From Thalassobaculaceae bacterium (GTDB taxonomy: Bacteria > Pseudomonadota > Alphaproteobacteria > Thalassobaculales > Thalassobaculaceae), in assembly GCA_965228875.1 (NCBI GenBank), contig OZ245843.1, positions 1,160,616 to 1,224,615 of the forward strand: a stretch of DNA of 64,000 nt, given 5' to 3'. Below, piece after piece: positions 21,206 to 34,500 of the stretch (the first letter of the stretch is position 1; each line of letters begins with the position of its first letter). Under the pieces are notes generated by a model. That model did not search any database. It worked only from the letters and a program-made list of their open reading frames with translations, and was not told the DNA's origin. The position numbers were made by a program, and so were the translations under genes.

Positions 21206-23599
21206 CTACGGAGAAAGCGTCAGTTCGTGACGCGGCTCGTCCTGAGCGATCAGACGGATGCCAGCGTTGCCGGCCCAGCCACGGTGCCAGGTTCCGCTCA
21301 GAGGCGAGAGCAGGTTACCGGAGGGGCCGAGAGCGGCCGTGAAGACGGAAGCGTCGAGATCCGCGAGGTCGTAGATCACCCGCAGACCGGCGCCGTGGCC
21401 ATGACGGAAGGGGGCGTCGTCCGGCCCGCCGTAGGTTCCGCGGGACACCGTGTAGTCGCCGCCGGCGGTGGGCGTGCGGGTCGTCAGCAGTGGGCCGACG
21501 AGGGGAACGCGGCTCCAGATGTCGTGGGCGAACCGCGCACGGTGGGCTTGGCCCCAGGACCAGGCAGCGGGGTCGCTTCCGTGCAGCCGCGCCAGCAGGG
21601 CCAGGGAGTCGTCGTAGGCGCCGCGAACCGCGTCGCCGCAGGTCTCGCGGGTGTCCGCGGTCCGTGCATCGTCGCAGAAGGCGTCCTCCTCGCGCAGCAC
21701 GGCGAGCAGGGTGGCGGCGCGCGGTCGGCGATAGTCGTCGATCAGGGGGCCTAGGTCGTCGGCGAACACCCGGTGCTGCAGGGCGCGGATCCAGGCGGCG
21801 AAGATCAGCGGCTCGGCCCGGTCCGACGCCATGGTGCCGTCCCACGCGCGCAGCATCGCAGCGGCGCGGGATTCCAGTCCGTTCCCGGTCGTGTCCGGCA
21901 AGTGCGCCAGCAGGAGCGGGAGGATCTCCACGGCGAAAGGCGACAGGGCGTCCATCTGGATCGATGCCATCGTGGCGGGCGAGGACACGCCGTCAGCAAG
22001 GCGTTCGACGATGCGACGCGCCCGGTAGGGGGCATCGAAGTGCCGGGCTAGGAACAGCTCGGGGTCCGCCCCGGTCACCTTTTCGTTGGCGTTCACGATG
22101 GCGTTGCCGGTGGGATCAAGGACTTGCGGCAGGGCGTCGAACGGCGCCCATCCGAGCCAGTCGCCGTCGTCGGTCCAGCCCGGGCTCGGGTAGAAACCGT
22201 CGCCGGTCCGGCGCAGGGGGACCCGGCCGGCGGACACCATGCCGATTCGGCCGACGGTGTCCGCGAACACGACGTTCTGCTGCGGGCTGTGGAATTTGCG
22301 GAGGGCGGCGACGACCGCATCGGCATCGACGGCGCCGCCGAGCTCGAACAGGGCTTCGGCGGTTGCATCATCCTCCGCCAGAACCGGCGATGCCAGGGCG
22401 AGCACGGTGCCGTCGGCGGCGGCGTCGGCGGCATCCTCCATCGCGTCGGAGACGACCGGTCCGTGGCGGGTGTGCCGCACCACGTGCTCGACGGCCTCGC
22501 CCGACACCGTGAAACGCTCGACCCTGGTGTCGAACGCGGCGGCTCCGTCCGGCGTCAGATAGCGCTCGGGGTCGGTCGGGTCCAGCCGCTCCACGAACAG
22601 GTCCTGGGTGTCAGAGTGGGTGGTGGTGAAGCTCCATGCGGCGGACCCGTTGTGACCGATCACCAGGAACGGAACACCGGGCACGAAGGCGCCGACACGC
22701 AGGTACCCGGGGGCTTCGATCCGGGCGAGCCACCAGAGGTTGGGACTCCTGAACCCGAGATGCGGATCGCCGGCCAGGATCGGCTTGCCGGTCGGCGACC
22801 GCAAACCGGTCACCGCCCAGACATTCGAGGCGCGGCGCGGGTGCAGCACCGGCGGGATGGCCGACCTCAGCGCGGCCAGCCTGCTGTCGGACACGCCGGC
22901 CGCGGCGGCGGCAGCGAGGTCCGGTGCCGTCAGGGACGCATCGCCGCCCTCGAACGGCGCGTAGAGCAGGTCGATGCGCTCCGCCGAGAGGCCTGCCTTC
23001 AGCATGCGGGCTCGCGTGATCTCCGAGAACCAGTTCCCGGCGAGCTGCAGCGACATCAGCCGCCCCCAGACCAGGCTGTCGGCCGGCCGCCAGGGTTCGG
23101 GCTCGATCCCCAGGATCACGAACTCGGGAGGCAGAGGTCCGCTGCGGGTGTCGAGATAGGCGTTCACCCCGGCGACATAGCTGTCCACATGGGCCCGTGC
23201 GGCCGGCGAGAGGCGCGTGTAGTTCGCCTCGGCAAGCCGGTGGAGGCCGAAAGTGCGCAAAAGCTTGTCGTAGGAGAGTCCGGCCTCGCCGATCAGTTCG
23301 GAGAGCCGACCGGCGCCGATCCGGCGCATCATCTCCATCTGCCACAGCCGGTCCTGGGCATGGGCGAAGCCGAGGGCGAAACTGGCATCCTCGGGCGTGG
23401 CCGCGCGGATGGTGACCGTGCCGGCCTCATCGCGCTCCACCAGGGCGGGGGCGGAGAGTCCCGGCAGGCCCGTGATCTCGCCGTCCAGGTCCGGCACCGA
23501 TCCCTGGAGCCAGAAAAGCCCCAGGGCAGCGGCGAAGTTCAGGCCGATGAAGACGAGGACCACGCCGATCAACAGGCGAGGGATCAGGCGCGAGGCCAT
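21206..23599 (-). CDS. Penicillin acylase family Ntn-hydrolase (S45)
   Basis: N-terminal anchor, GFAHAQDRLWQM, nucleophile SNVW, AGDPHL, IGHN. Confidence 0.92.
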   Translation of the reverse strand: MASRLIPRLLIGVVLVFIGLNFAAALGLFWLQGSVPDLDGEITGLPGLSAPALVERDEAGTVTIRAATPEDASFALGFAHAQDRLWQMEMMRRIGAGRLSELIGEAGLSYDKLLRTFGLHRLAEANYTRLSPAARAHVDSYVAGVNAYLDTRSGPLPPEFVILGIEPEPWRPADSLVWGRLMSLQLAGNWFSEITRARMLKAGLSAERIDLLYAPFEGGDASLTAPDLAAAAAAGVSDSRLAALRSAIPPVLHPRRASNVWAVTGLRSPTGKPILAGDPHLGFRSPNLWWLARIEAPGYLRVGAFVPGVPFLVIGHNGSAAWSFTTTHSDTQDLFVERLDPTDPERYLTPDGAAAFDTRVERFTVSGEAVEHVVRHTRHGPVVSDAMEDAADAAADGTVLALASPVLAEDDATAEALFELGGAVDADAVVAALRKFHSPQQNVVFADTVGRIGMVSAGRVPLRRTGDGFYPSPGWTDDGDWLGWAPFDALPQVLDPTGNAIVNANEKVTGADPELFLARHFDAPYRARRIVERLADGVSSPATMASIQMDALSPFAVEILPLLLAHLPDTTGNGLESRAAAMLRAWDGTMASDRAEPLIFAAWIRALQHRVFADDLGPLIDDYRRPRAATLLAVLREEDAFCDDARTADTRETCGDAVRGAYDDSLALLARLHGSDPAAWSWGQAHRARFAHDIWSRVPLVGPLLTTRTPTAGGDYTVSRGTYGGPDDAPFRHGHGAGLRVIYDLADLDASVFTAALGPSGNLLSPLSGTWHRGWAGNAGIRLIAQDEPRHELTLSP

Positions 23600-23639
23600 G
23601 CCGGTCCCTCGCTCGCTCTCAGCGCGGTCCGTCTCCGCA

Positions 23640-25169
23640 TCAGGTCTTGTTGAAGATGACGGTCTTCTTGTGGGTGAAGTGATCCAGCATCGCCTCCAGG
23701 GTCGCCTCCTTACCGAGGCCGGAGTTCTTCACGCCGCCGTAGCTCAGGCCCGGCTGCACAACCAGATTCTGGTTCACCTGGACGAAGCCCGCCTCCAGTT
23801 TCTCGGTGACGTTCAGGGCCGCGTGCAGGTCATTGGTCCAGAGCGTTGCCGCCAGGCCATACTCGGTGTCGTTCGCCGCGGCGACGACCTCGTCCAGGTC
23901 GGTCCAACGAATGATGCAGGTCACCGGGCCGAAGATCTCCTCGCGGCTCAGCTTGCTGTCGTTGGTCATCTCGGTGAACAGGACCGGGCGCACGAACAGG
24001 CCGTCCTTGAACTTCTCGTCGGTCGGCATGGCCGAGCACTCGATCGGCTTCGCGCCCGGCTCGGACTTCCCGTGGTCGATGTAGCCGGTCACCTTCTTGA
24101 ACTGGTCCGGCGAGATAATGGTGCCGATATCGGTCTTCTCGTCCAGCGGATCGCCCATAACCATGGCGTCGACCTGGGCGCGCAGCTTCTCGACAAAGGT
24201 GTCGTACAGGCTGTCATGCACGAAGATCCGGCTCGCCGCGGTGCAGGACTGTCCCTGGCGGGTGAAGCGCATGCCGACCACGGCGCCGTTCAGCGCCTTG
24301 TCGATATCGGCGTCCGCCATGATGATCATCGGCGACTTGCCGCCGAGCTCGAGCGTGACGGGGATCAGCTTGTCGGCGGCGGTCTTGTAGACGATCTTCC
24401 CGGTCTCGACCGAGCCGGTGAACGTCACCTTGCCGACCTTCGGGTGCTCGACCAGCGGCGCGCCGCATTCCGGGCCGAAACCCGACAGCATGTTGAACAC
24501 GCCCGCCGGCAGGATCGAGTTCATGATCTGGCAGACGCGCAGGACCGTGAGGGGTGCCTCCTCGGCGGATTTCACGACCACGGCGTTGCCCGCCAGCATC
24601 GCCGGGGCGATCTTCAGCGCCATCAGCAGCAGCGGTACGTTCCACGGGATGATCGCGCCGACCACGCCGATCGGCTCCCGCACTGTGATCGTGAGCATGT
24701 CCGGATGGTGCGGAACGGTCTCGCCCTTCAGCTCCGAACCGAGGCCGGCGTGGAAGTGGAAGGCGTCGGCCAGGATCGATGCCTCGACCCGGCTCTCGGT
24801 GCGCAGGGCCTTGCCGGTCTCCAGCGCGATCAGCCGACCGAGTTCCTCGACATGCTCCTCGAGCGCCTCGGCGCATTTGTAGAGCAGCTTGCCGCGGTCG
24901 CGTGCGCGCATCTTGCCCCAGGTCTTCTGGGCGGCGGCGGCATCCTCGACCGCGCGGTTCACGTCCTCGGCGTCGCCCTCGGCGCCGAAGCCGATCACCT
25001 CTCCGGTGGCCGGATAGATCACCTCGAAGGAATTGCCCGAGGCCGCGGGCACCAGCTTGCCGCCGATCAGGTGGCGACCGCTGAGCGCCTTGGCCAGCGC
25101 ATAGGGGTCAAGGTTCGGCTCGAGCGACGGCTCCTGGCCGAAGTCGAGATCGCTTACCATCAGGTTCAT
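23640..25169 (-). CDS. Aldehyde dehydrogenase
   Basis: IIPWNVP, FTGS, LELGGKSP, GQSCTA (Cys), EEIFGP. Confidence 0.95.
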   Translation of the reverse strand: MNLMVSDLDFGQEPSLEPNLDPYALAKALSGRHLIGGKLVPAASGNSFEVIYPATGEVIGFGAEGDAEDVNRAVEDAAAAQKTWGKMRARDRGKLLYKCAEALEEHVEELGRLIALETGKALRTESRVEASILADAFHFHAGLGSELKGETVPHHPDMLTITVREPIGVVGAIIPWNVPLLLMALKIAPAMLAGNAVVVKSAEEAPLTVLRVCQIMNSILPAGVFNMLSGFGPECGAPLVEHPKVGKVTFTGSVETGKIVYKTAADKLIPVTLELGGKSPMIIMADADIDKALNGAVVGMRFTRQGQSCTAASRIFVHDSLYDTFVEKLRAQVDAMVMGDPLDEKTDIGTIISPDQFKKVTGYIDHGKSEPGAKPIECSAMPTDEKFKDGLFVRPVLFTEMTNDSKLSREEIFGPVTCIIRWTDLDEVVAAANDTEYGLAATLWTNDLHAALNVTEKLEAGFVQVNQNLVVQPGLSYGGVKNSGLGKEATLEAMLDHFTHKKTVIFNKT

Positions 25170-26365
25170 TGCTCGATCTCCCTCAGAATTTGCTCGCGAT
25201 CCTGGTCCAGATTGGGCGCCGGCGGTCGCGTTGTCGGGTCCAGAAAGCCGGAAATCTTGATCGGATTGCCCACGACCTTCATCGGACCGGTGATCGGATC
25301 GTCCACCTCGACCACCATGTTGCGGGCGGCAGCCTGCGGGTACTCGACGGCCTGACCGATGTTGTTGATCGGCCCGGCCGGCAGCCCCGCGGCGTCCATG
25401 ACCTCCATCCAGTGACCGGTCGGCGCCGTGGTCAGGATCGCCTCGATCTCCGCCTCCAGCTCCTTAACGTGCGTCGCGCGCAGGTCGTTGGTGGTGTAGC
25501 GCGGATCGTCCTTCCACTCGGGCTTGCCCAGCGCGTCGGCCATCTTGTGGAACAGGCTGTCGTTGCCGGCGGCGATGATGATGTGTCCGTCCTGGGTGTT
25601 GAAGGCCTGGAACGGCGTGATCGAGGGGTGACGGGCACCGAGCGGGCCCGGCGCCTTGCCGGTCACGAAGTAGCGCATGGCGGCGTTTTCGAGCAGCGCC
25701 ACCTGGCAGTCGAACATGCCGATATCGACCTTCGACGCCTCGCCCGTCATCGCCCGGTTGAACAGTGCCGACATGACGCCGATGGCGGTGAACAGGCCGG
25801 CGCCGATATCGCCGATCGAGGTGCCGATGCGGGTCGGCGGCGCGCCCTCGTGGCCGGTGATGCTCATGATCCCGCCCATGCCCTGGACCACCATGTCATA
25901 GGCCGGGCGCTTCATGTCCGGACCGGAATGGCCGAAGCCGGAGGCGGCGGCGTAGATCAGCTTGGGATACTTGGCATGGAGGGTGTCCCAGCCGTAACCG
26001 AGCTTCTCCATGGTGCCGGGCCGGAAGTTCTCGACGACGACGTCGGCCTTCGCCAGCAACTTGTCGAAGGTGGCGCGGTCGCCGTCCTCCTTGAGGTTGA
26101 GGGCGATGCTCTGCTTGCCGCGGTTCACCGACTGGAAGTAGGCGGACTTGCCGTTCACGAAAGGGCCGTAGTGCCGGGCGTCGTCACCGGTGCCGGGGGT
26201 CTCGACCTTGATCACCCTGGCGCCGAGTTCGGCCATCATCAAGGTGCAGTAGGGCCCGGCGAGGATCCGACTGAGATCGACGACGGTGATGCCGCTCAGC
26301 GGGCCGGTCCTGGCCGCACCGGTGTCGCTCGTCGGTGTATCGACCACGGTATTGTCCGCTGCCAT
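25166..26365 (-). CDS. Class III CoA-transferase (CaiB/BaiF)
   Basis: LAGPYC, GARVIKVE, NRGKQS, ENFRPG; 4-nt overlap with ALDH. Confidence 0.93.
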   Translation of the reverse strand: MAADNTVVDTPTSDTGAARTGPLSGITVVDLSRILAGPYCTLMMAELGARVIKVETPGTGDDARHYGPFVNGKSAYFQSVNRGKQSIALNLKEDGDRATFDKLLAKADVVVENFRPGTMEKLGYGWDTLHAKYPKLIYAAASGFGHSGPDMKRPAYDMVVQGMGGIMSITGHEGAPPTRIGTSIGDIGAGLFTAIGVMSALFNRAMTGEASKVDIGMFDCQVALLENAAMRYFVTGKAPGPLGARHPSITPFQAFNTQDGHIIIAAGNDSLFHKMADALGKPEWKDDPRYTTNDLRATHVKELEAEIEAILTTAPTGHWMEVMDAAGLPAGPINNIGQAVEYPQAAARNMVVEVDDPITGPMKVVGNPIKISGFLDPTTRPPAPNLDQDREQILREIEQ

Positions 26366-26472
26366 CTGCAGCTCTCCCTTATGACGTCAAAGCTTTTCGT
26401 CGGTTTCTAGACCAGGGGTCAGAACGCGGCAAGATGACGTTTGCGGGAGAGGGCGCCGGGACCGGCCGGCAC

Positions 26473-27288
26473 TCACTGGTCGCCGAACAGTTCCCTGTAG
26501 GGACGGACGACGAAATCGCCGTCCGGCAGACGGACGCTGAAGGTGCCGTTCGCCTCCTGCCGGTGGCGGGTGGCCGGGCGGCTGGCGGAGGTCATGCGGA
26601 ACTCGATCGCGATGCGGGCCCGGGTCGTCGCCGGCAGAACCTGAGTGCGGTGGAGCACGGAGTTGTCGAAGAACGCGATGTCACCGGGGTTCATCGGCTC
26701 GGTCACGATCTCCGTGTTGTTCGGGCCGAAGGCACGCTTGATAGCGTCGTCGTCGAACAGTTTAGGAAAATGTCCTGACGCCTCGCGGACCGGGGCGGCC
26801 TGCTGCTCCGAAATCGGTTGGATCGGAAGGCAGAAATCAAGTCCCGGCGCGTCTCTTCCGACCGGATCGAGGGGCACCCATCCGACCAGGGACTGACGGT
26901 CGGCGCCGAAGAAGTTCGCGTCGAGATGCCAGGTCACATGGGTCGAGCCATCGCCGGGGAGATGCTGACGGATGGTGCAGAAGTTCAGCCACAGGGCGCA
27001 GGGGACCCCGTATACGGCGGTGAAGTAGTCGGGAATGCCGGAGGCCCAGAAATGACCGACCATCGCCTGGGCGGCCGCTGTCGCTTCCGGTCCGCTGCGG
27101 CCGCCGAGCGCGGCCAGTACCGCGTGCTTGGTCGCGTCGGAGCCGGCGGAGGTGATCGCCGACGCCGCCTTCTTCAGCCGCTCCAGCCGGCCCGGATTCA
27201 GGAAGGACCGCTCGATCGCCATATTGCGGGTGAGCGGACCCTTCCCGATTGTCAGGGCTGGCTGACGGGAGAGGGCGGCGCCGGCCAT
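26473..27288 (-). CDS. PhyH-like Fe(II)/2-oxoglutarate dioxygenase
   Basis: WHLD (HxD), WVPLD, PGDIAFF, LHRT, RIAIEFR. Confidence 0.72.
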   Translation of the reverse strand: MAGAALSRQPALTIGKGPLTRNMAIERSFLNPGRLERLKKAASAITSAGSDATKHAVLAALGGRSGPEATAAAQAMVGHFWASGIPDYFTAVYGVPCALWLNFCTIRQHLPGDGSTHVTWHLDANFFGADRQSLVGWVPLDPVGRDAPGLDFCLPIQPISEQQAAPVREASGHFPKLFDDDAIKRAFGPNNTEIVTEPMNPGDIAFFDNSVLHRTQVLPATTRARIAIEFRMTSASRPATRHRQEANGTFSVRLPDGDFVVRPYRELFGDQ

Positions 27289-27292
27289 TGGA

Positions 27293-27832
27293 TCAGGTGT
27301 CCGCGCCCTGCTTGGCGTTCTTCACACCCTGGCGGATCAGTTCGAGAGCCTCTTCCGCCTCGCCCCAGCGGTCGACCCGGACCCACTTGCCGGTTTCCAG
27401 GTCCTTGTAGTGGGTGAAGAAGTGCTTGATCTGGTCGGTCAGGATCACCGGCAGGTCCCGCCAGGAGGCGATGTCCTTGTAGAACGGGTGCAGCTTGTCG
27501 ACCGGCACGGCGAGGATCTTCTCGTCCATGCCGTCCTGGTCCTCCATGATGAGGACGCCGACCGGGCGCACGCGGATCACCGACTTCGGCAGGATCGGGT
27601 TGGTGCCGACCACCAGCACGTCCACCGGGTCGCCGTCATTGGCCAGCGTGTGCGGGATGAAACCGTAGTTGCACGGGTAGGTCATGGCGGTGTGCAGGAA
27701 CCGGTCGACGAACAGCGCGCCGCTGTCCTCGTCGAACTCGTACTTCACCGGGTCGGCGCCCAGCGCCACCTCGATGATGACGTTGATGTCGTAGGGCGGG
27801 TTCTTGCCGATCGGAATCTGAGAGATGCGCAT
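27293..27832 (-). CDS. ppa: Family I inorganic pyrophosphatase
   Basis: KYE, DRFL, YPCNYG, DGDPVD, HFFTHYKDLE. Confidence 0.96.
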   Translation of the reverse strand: MRISQIPIGKNPPYDINVIIEVALGADPVKYEFDEDSGALFVDRFLHTAMTYPCNYGFIPHTLANDGDPVDVLVVGTNPILPKSVIRVRPVGVLIMEDQDGMDEKILAVPVDKLHPFYKDIASWRDLPVILTDQIKHFFTHYKDLETGKWVRVDRWGEAEEALELIRQGVKNAKQGADT

Positions 27833-27970
27833 GGGACTGTCCCCGGGTGTCACGGTGGGTGCTTTTGTTGCGGTGCGAAATAAACCCACCGCGCTCTCAG
27901 GGCAAGGAGCGTTTGCGGTGCCCATGCCCGATCGGACCGGGATCGGTGAGTAAGCCCTCACCAAACGGAA

Positions 27971-27997
27971 CGGGCCGACCCTGCAGGGGCCGGCCCG
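27971..27997 (-). terminator. Hairpin downstream of coxM-like gene
   Basis: cgggccg/cggcccg stem with inner ccc/ggg pairs. Confidence 0.4.
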
Positions 27998-28020
27998 AAA
28001 CGGACATGCTGGCGGGGCCG

Positions 28021-28818
28021 TCAGCCCGCGGCGGCAACCGCCCGTGCGGCCATCACGCCGATCAGGTGGGCCCGGTATTCCGCACTCGCGTGGATGTCGG
28101 CGTTCAACCCGCCCGCATCGACCGCGATGCCGGACAGCGCATCACCCGACCAGGTCGACGCCAGCGCGCTCTCCATTTCCGGGACCCGGAAGACGCCGTC
28201 CTGGCCGGCGCCGGTGACCGCGACTCGCGCGGCACCGCCGGTCTTGGCGACGAACACGCCGACCAGGGCATAGCGCGACGCCGGGTTGTCGAACTTCTGG
28301 TAGGCGGCCTTCTCCGGCTTGGGGAAGGAGATGGAGACGATCATCTCGCCGTCGTCGAGCGCGGTTTCGAACAGGCCGCTGAAGAAGTCGTCGGCGGTGA
28401 TCTCACGCTTGTCGGTCTTGATGGTCGCGCCGAGGGCGAGACACGCCGCCGGGTAGTCGGCCGCCGGGTCGTTGTTGGCGACCGAACCGCCGATGGTGCC
28501 GCGGTTGCGGACCTGCGGATCGCCGATGCCGCCGGCCAGCGCGGCGAGGGCGGGGATCGCCGCCTGCACCTCGGCCGAGCCGGCGACCGCGGCATGGGTC
28601 GTCATCGCGCCGATGGTGACAGTATCGCCGGAGACGGTGATGCCCGACAGCTCGCCGACGCCGCCCAGATCGACCAGGTCCGACGGCTGTGCCAGACGCT
28701 GCTTGAGCGTCGGGATCAGCGTCATGCCGCCGGCGACATAGGTACCGTCCTCGGCCCCCGAACGCGCCGCGACGGCGTCCGCGACGGACGACGGCTTGTG
28801 ATACGCGAAATCGTACAT
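28021..28818 (-). CDS. coxM: Molybdenum hydroxylase FAD subunit (CoxM-like)
   Basis: AGGMTL, QVRNRGTIGGS..ADYP. Confidence 0.85.
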   Translation of the reverse strand: MYDFAYHKPSSVADAVAARSGAEDGTYVAGGMTLIPTLKQRLAQPSDLVDLGGVGELSGITVSGDTVTIGAMTTHAAVAGSAEVQAAIPALAALAGGIGDPQVRNRGTIGGSVANNDPAADYPAACLALGATIKTDKREITADDFFSGLFETALDDGEMIVSISFPKPEKAAYQKFDNPASRYALVGVFVAKTGGAARVAVTGAGQDGVFRVPEMESALASTWSGDALSGIAVDAGGLNADIHASAEYRAHLIGVMAARAVAAAG

Positions 28819-28847
28819 GGTTCTCTCCTGTAACCCTCGTCGTCAGC

Positions 28848-31223
<2,376 letters not shown>

Positions 31224-31329
31224 GGCTTCTCTCCCTAGTCACCGATGCCCACTTATTATTTTGTTGATAATGGGTTATCGGATTTGTCTGAAGCGATGGG
31301 TTAATCAGGACCTCCCCCTAAGAGGTCCG

Positions 31330-31791
<462 letters not shown>

Positions 31792-31989
31792 GCCCTTATC
31801 TCCCTCGTGAAGCATACGGATAGTTGGTTAGCGGAGCGCTTCGGCATTTCCGGATCCGGAGCCGCGCCTTTCATGGTGCAGTCTCTTTCCCCGCTCGGGT
31901 AAGGTCAAGCGGCGAGGGCGGCAATGTCGGCCGATCCGAGGTGATGGGTCGATGCGAGGTCCGGACCCGCGCCGGCGGAAGCGGGCCGA

Positions 31990-33066
31990 TCAGCCGGTGT
32001 GCTGCGCCCGGATCCCCTCGATCACCGTGTCGACCTGACCGGAGACCTCGCCCATTCGGGTGGCGATCTCGTCGGTGGCCTGACGCTGTTCCTGGGTCGC
32101 GGCCCCGGTCTCGTCCATGTCGGTAAGCATCTGGCCGACCTGGCCGGTGACGTCGCCGAAGGCGCCGCGGACCACGGCCAGGGCCTCGACCAGACGCTCG
32201 GTGTTGCGGCCGATCGTCTCGGCGGCTCCGCGGGTGCCGTTGGCCAGTTCCTTGACCTCGCGGGCGACTACGGCGAACCCGCGTCCGGCCTCGCCGGCGC
32301 GTGCCGCCTCGATGGTGGCATTGAGGGCCAGCATATTGGTCTGAGCCGCGATGGTGGTGATGTTCTTGAGGAGACCCTGGATATCCTCGATCGCCAGACG
32401 GAACGCCTCGATCTGATCGACCGCCGTTGTTACGGTCGACGAGATGGTCTGCGCCTGATCGAGATTGCGGGTGACGTTCGCCTGGATCGTGTGCATCGTC
32501 GCCGACAGTTCCTCGGAAGCCGCCGCCACACCGGCGATGGCGTCCCCGATCCCGGACCGCAGATCGCCGGTCAGGGCGTCGACGATGGACGCCGTGCGAG
32601 CTTCCTGGGCATGGGCATAGGCGGCCGACGCGATGGTCGCCTCGGCGCCCATCAGCCGGTTCACCGCGAAGACCGCCGACCGACGGTCCTCCGCGCAGTC
32701 GCCGGCGACGAGGATCCGGCTGTTGATCATGTCGGCCAGCGTCGAGAAGAACAGCCCGTAAACCGCCGGATCGAGCCCTTCGTTCAGATCGCCCCTGGCG
32801 AACTCGACGACCCGGTCGTAGTGGGCCTGGTCGATGCCGCGGGCGAAGACGTCGCGCCAACGCTCCATGTGGCTGGCGACCCAGGTCGGCTTGTCCTGGC
32901 CCCACAGGAAACTGCGCAGCGCCGGGTGCGCCTGGCAGACGTCGTAGGCCGCCCGCAGCGCGTCGTCGATCACCCGCGCCACATGCCCGTCCCAGGCGGT
33001 CCGTAGCTCGGCCTTCTCGGCCGGTGTCGCAAGCCGGCATCCCTGAAGCAGCAGTGTCAGGTCCAC
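31990..33066 (-). CDS. Soluble chemoreceptor with protoglobin-like sensor domain
   Basis: MCP hairpin [27 protein letters not shown]; no TM; N-terminal GLDPxxY globin-sensor motif; GGAGG RBS before GTG. Confidence 0.85.
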   Translation of the reverse strand: MDLTLLLQGCRLATPAEKAELRTAWDGHVARVIDDALRAAYDVCQAHPALRSFLWGQDKPTWVASHMERWRDVFARGIDQAHYDRVVEFARGDLNEGLDPAVYGLFFSTLADMINSRILVAGDCAEDRRSAVFAVNRLMGAEATIASAAYAHAQEARTASIVDALTGDLRSGIGDAIAGVAAASEELSATMHTIQANVTRNLDQAQTISSTVTTAVDQIEAFRLAIEDIQGLLKNITTIAAQTNMLALNATIEAARAGEAGRGFAVVAREVKELANGTRGAAETIGRNTERLVEALAVVRGAFGDVTGQVGQMLTDMDETGAATQEQRQATDEIATRMGEVSGQVDTVIEGIRAQHTG

Positions 33067-33240
33067 GAGATCCTCCTATCCGAATCCGGTCGGCAGTGCC
33101 GATAGTGTCGTCGCAATGCCGGGCGACGGAAATGCGTTTCACCACAGGGATATGCCAGCGCGACGCGTTTCCGACTCTTCACATTCCACGGAGCGAGCGC
33201 GCGAACGGGCTCCGGAGGGAACGAAGAAACCGGGAGGCGA

Positions 33241-33272
33241 ACGAAGAAGGGGAGCCGGTGCGCGGCTCCCCT
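33241..33272 (-). terminator. Intrinsic terminator after class III ADH
   Basis: aggggagccg/cggctcccct 10-bp stem followed by U-rich tail on minus strand. Confidence 0.65.
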
Positions 33273-33323
33273 CGTGGATCGGTCAGAACTGGTTAGCTGC
33301 CGGAATGTCGGACAGGTGCGGGG

Positions 33324-34433
33324 TCAGTAGACGACGACGCTGCGGATCGACTTGCCCTCGTGCATCAGGTCGAAGCCCTCGTTGATCCTGTCGAGCGGCA
33401 TGGTGTGGGTGATCAGGTCGTCGATGTTGATCTTGCCGTCCATGTACCAATCGACGATCTTCGGCACGTCGGTGCGTCCGCGCGCGCCGCCGAAGGCCGT
33501 GCCGCGCCACACCCGGCCGGTGACCAGCTGGAACGGGCGGGTGGAGATCTCCTGGCCGGCACCGGCCACGCCGATGATGACGCTCTCGCCCCAGCCCTTG
33601 TGGGCGCATTCCAGGGCCTGGCGCATGGTCGTGACGTTGCCGATGCACTCGAAGGAATAGTCCGCGCCGCCGCCCGTGAGGTCCACCAAGTGACCGACCA
33701 CGTCGCCGTCGATCTCCTTGGGATTGACGAAGTGGGTCATGCCGAACTGCTCGCCGAGGGCCTTGCGGTCCGGATTGATGTCGACGCCGACGATCATGTT
33801 GGCGCCGACCATCTTCGCGCCCTGGATCACGTTGAGCCCGATGCCGCCGAGACCGAACACAACGACGTTCGATCCGGGCTCGACCTTGGCGGTATTGACC
33901 ACGGCGCCGATGCCGGTGGTCACGCCGCAGCCGATGTAGCAGATCTTGTCGAAGGGGGCGTCCTCACGGACCTTCGCCAGGGCGATCTCCGGCAGCACCG
34001 TATGATTGGCGAAGGTCGAGCAGCCCATGTAGTGGAACAGCGGCTTGCCATCGAGCGAGAACCGCGAGGTCCCGTCCGGCATCAGCCCCTGGCCCTGCGT
34101 GACGCGGATCTTCTGGCAGAGGTTGGTCTTCGGATTCAGGCAGTACTCGCACTCCCGACATTCGGGGGTGTAGAGCGGGATGACATGATCGCCCTTCTTC
34201 AGGGTCTTCACACCGGGGCCGACATCGACCACCACGCCGGCACCCTCATGGCCGAGGATCGAGGGGAAGATGCCTTCCGGGTCGCCGCCCGACAGGGTGA
34301 AGGCGTCGGTGTGGCAGATGCCGGTCGCCTTGACCTCGACCAGGACCTCGCCCTCCCTGGGGCCTTCCAGGTCGACCTCGGCGATCTCCAGCGGCTTGCC
34401 GGCGGCGACGGCGACGGCGGCACGTGTCTTCAT
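33324..34433 (-). CDS. frmA: S-(hydroxymethyl)glutathione dehydrogenase / class III alcohol dehydrogenase
   Basis: GICHTD, GHEGAG, four-Cys Zn site, [14 protein letters not shown]. Confidence 0.96.
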   Translation of the reverse strand: MKTRAAVAVAAGKPLEIAEVDLEGPREGEVLVEVKATGICHTDAFTLSGGDPEGIFPSILGHEGAGVVVDVGPGVKTLKKGDHVIPLYTPECRECEYCLNPKTNLCQKIRVTQGQGLMPDGTSRFSLDGKPLFHYMGCSTFANHTVLPEIALAKVREDAPFDKICYIGCGVTTGIGAVVNTAKVEPGSNVVVFGLGGIGLNVIQGAKMVGANMIVGVDINPDRKALGEQFGMTHFVNPKEIDGDVVGHLVDLTGGGADYSFECIGNVTTMRQALECAHKGWGESVIIGVAGAGQEISTRPFQLVTGRVWRGTAFGGARGRTDVPKIVDWYMDGKINIDDLITHTMPLDRINEGFDLMHEGKSIRSVVVY

Positions 34434-34500
34434 GGCTTCCCCCTTCGGATCGGGCGCATAGTGTCCGGGACTTGGAGCCCGGTTGGTCTGTCCGGGCCGG

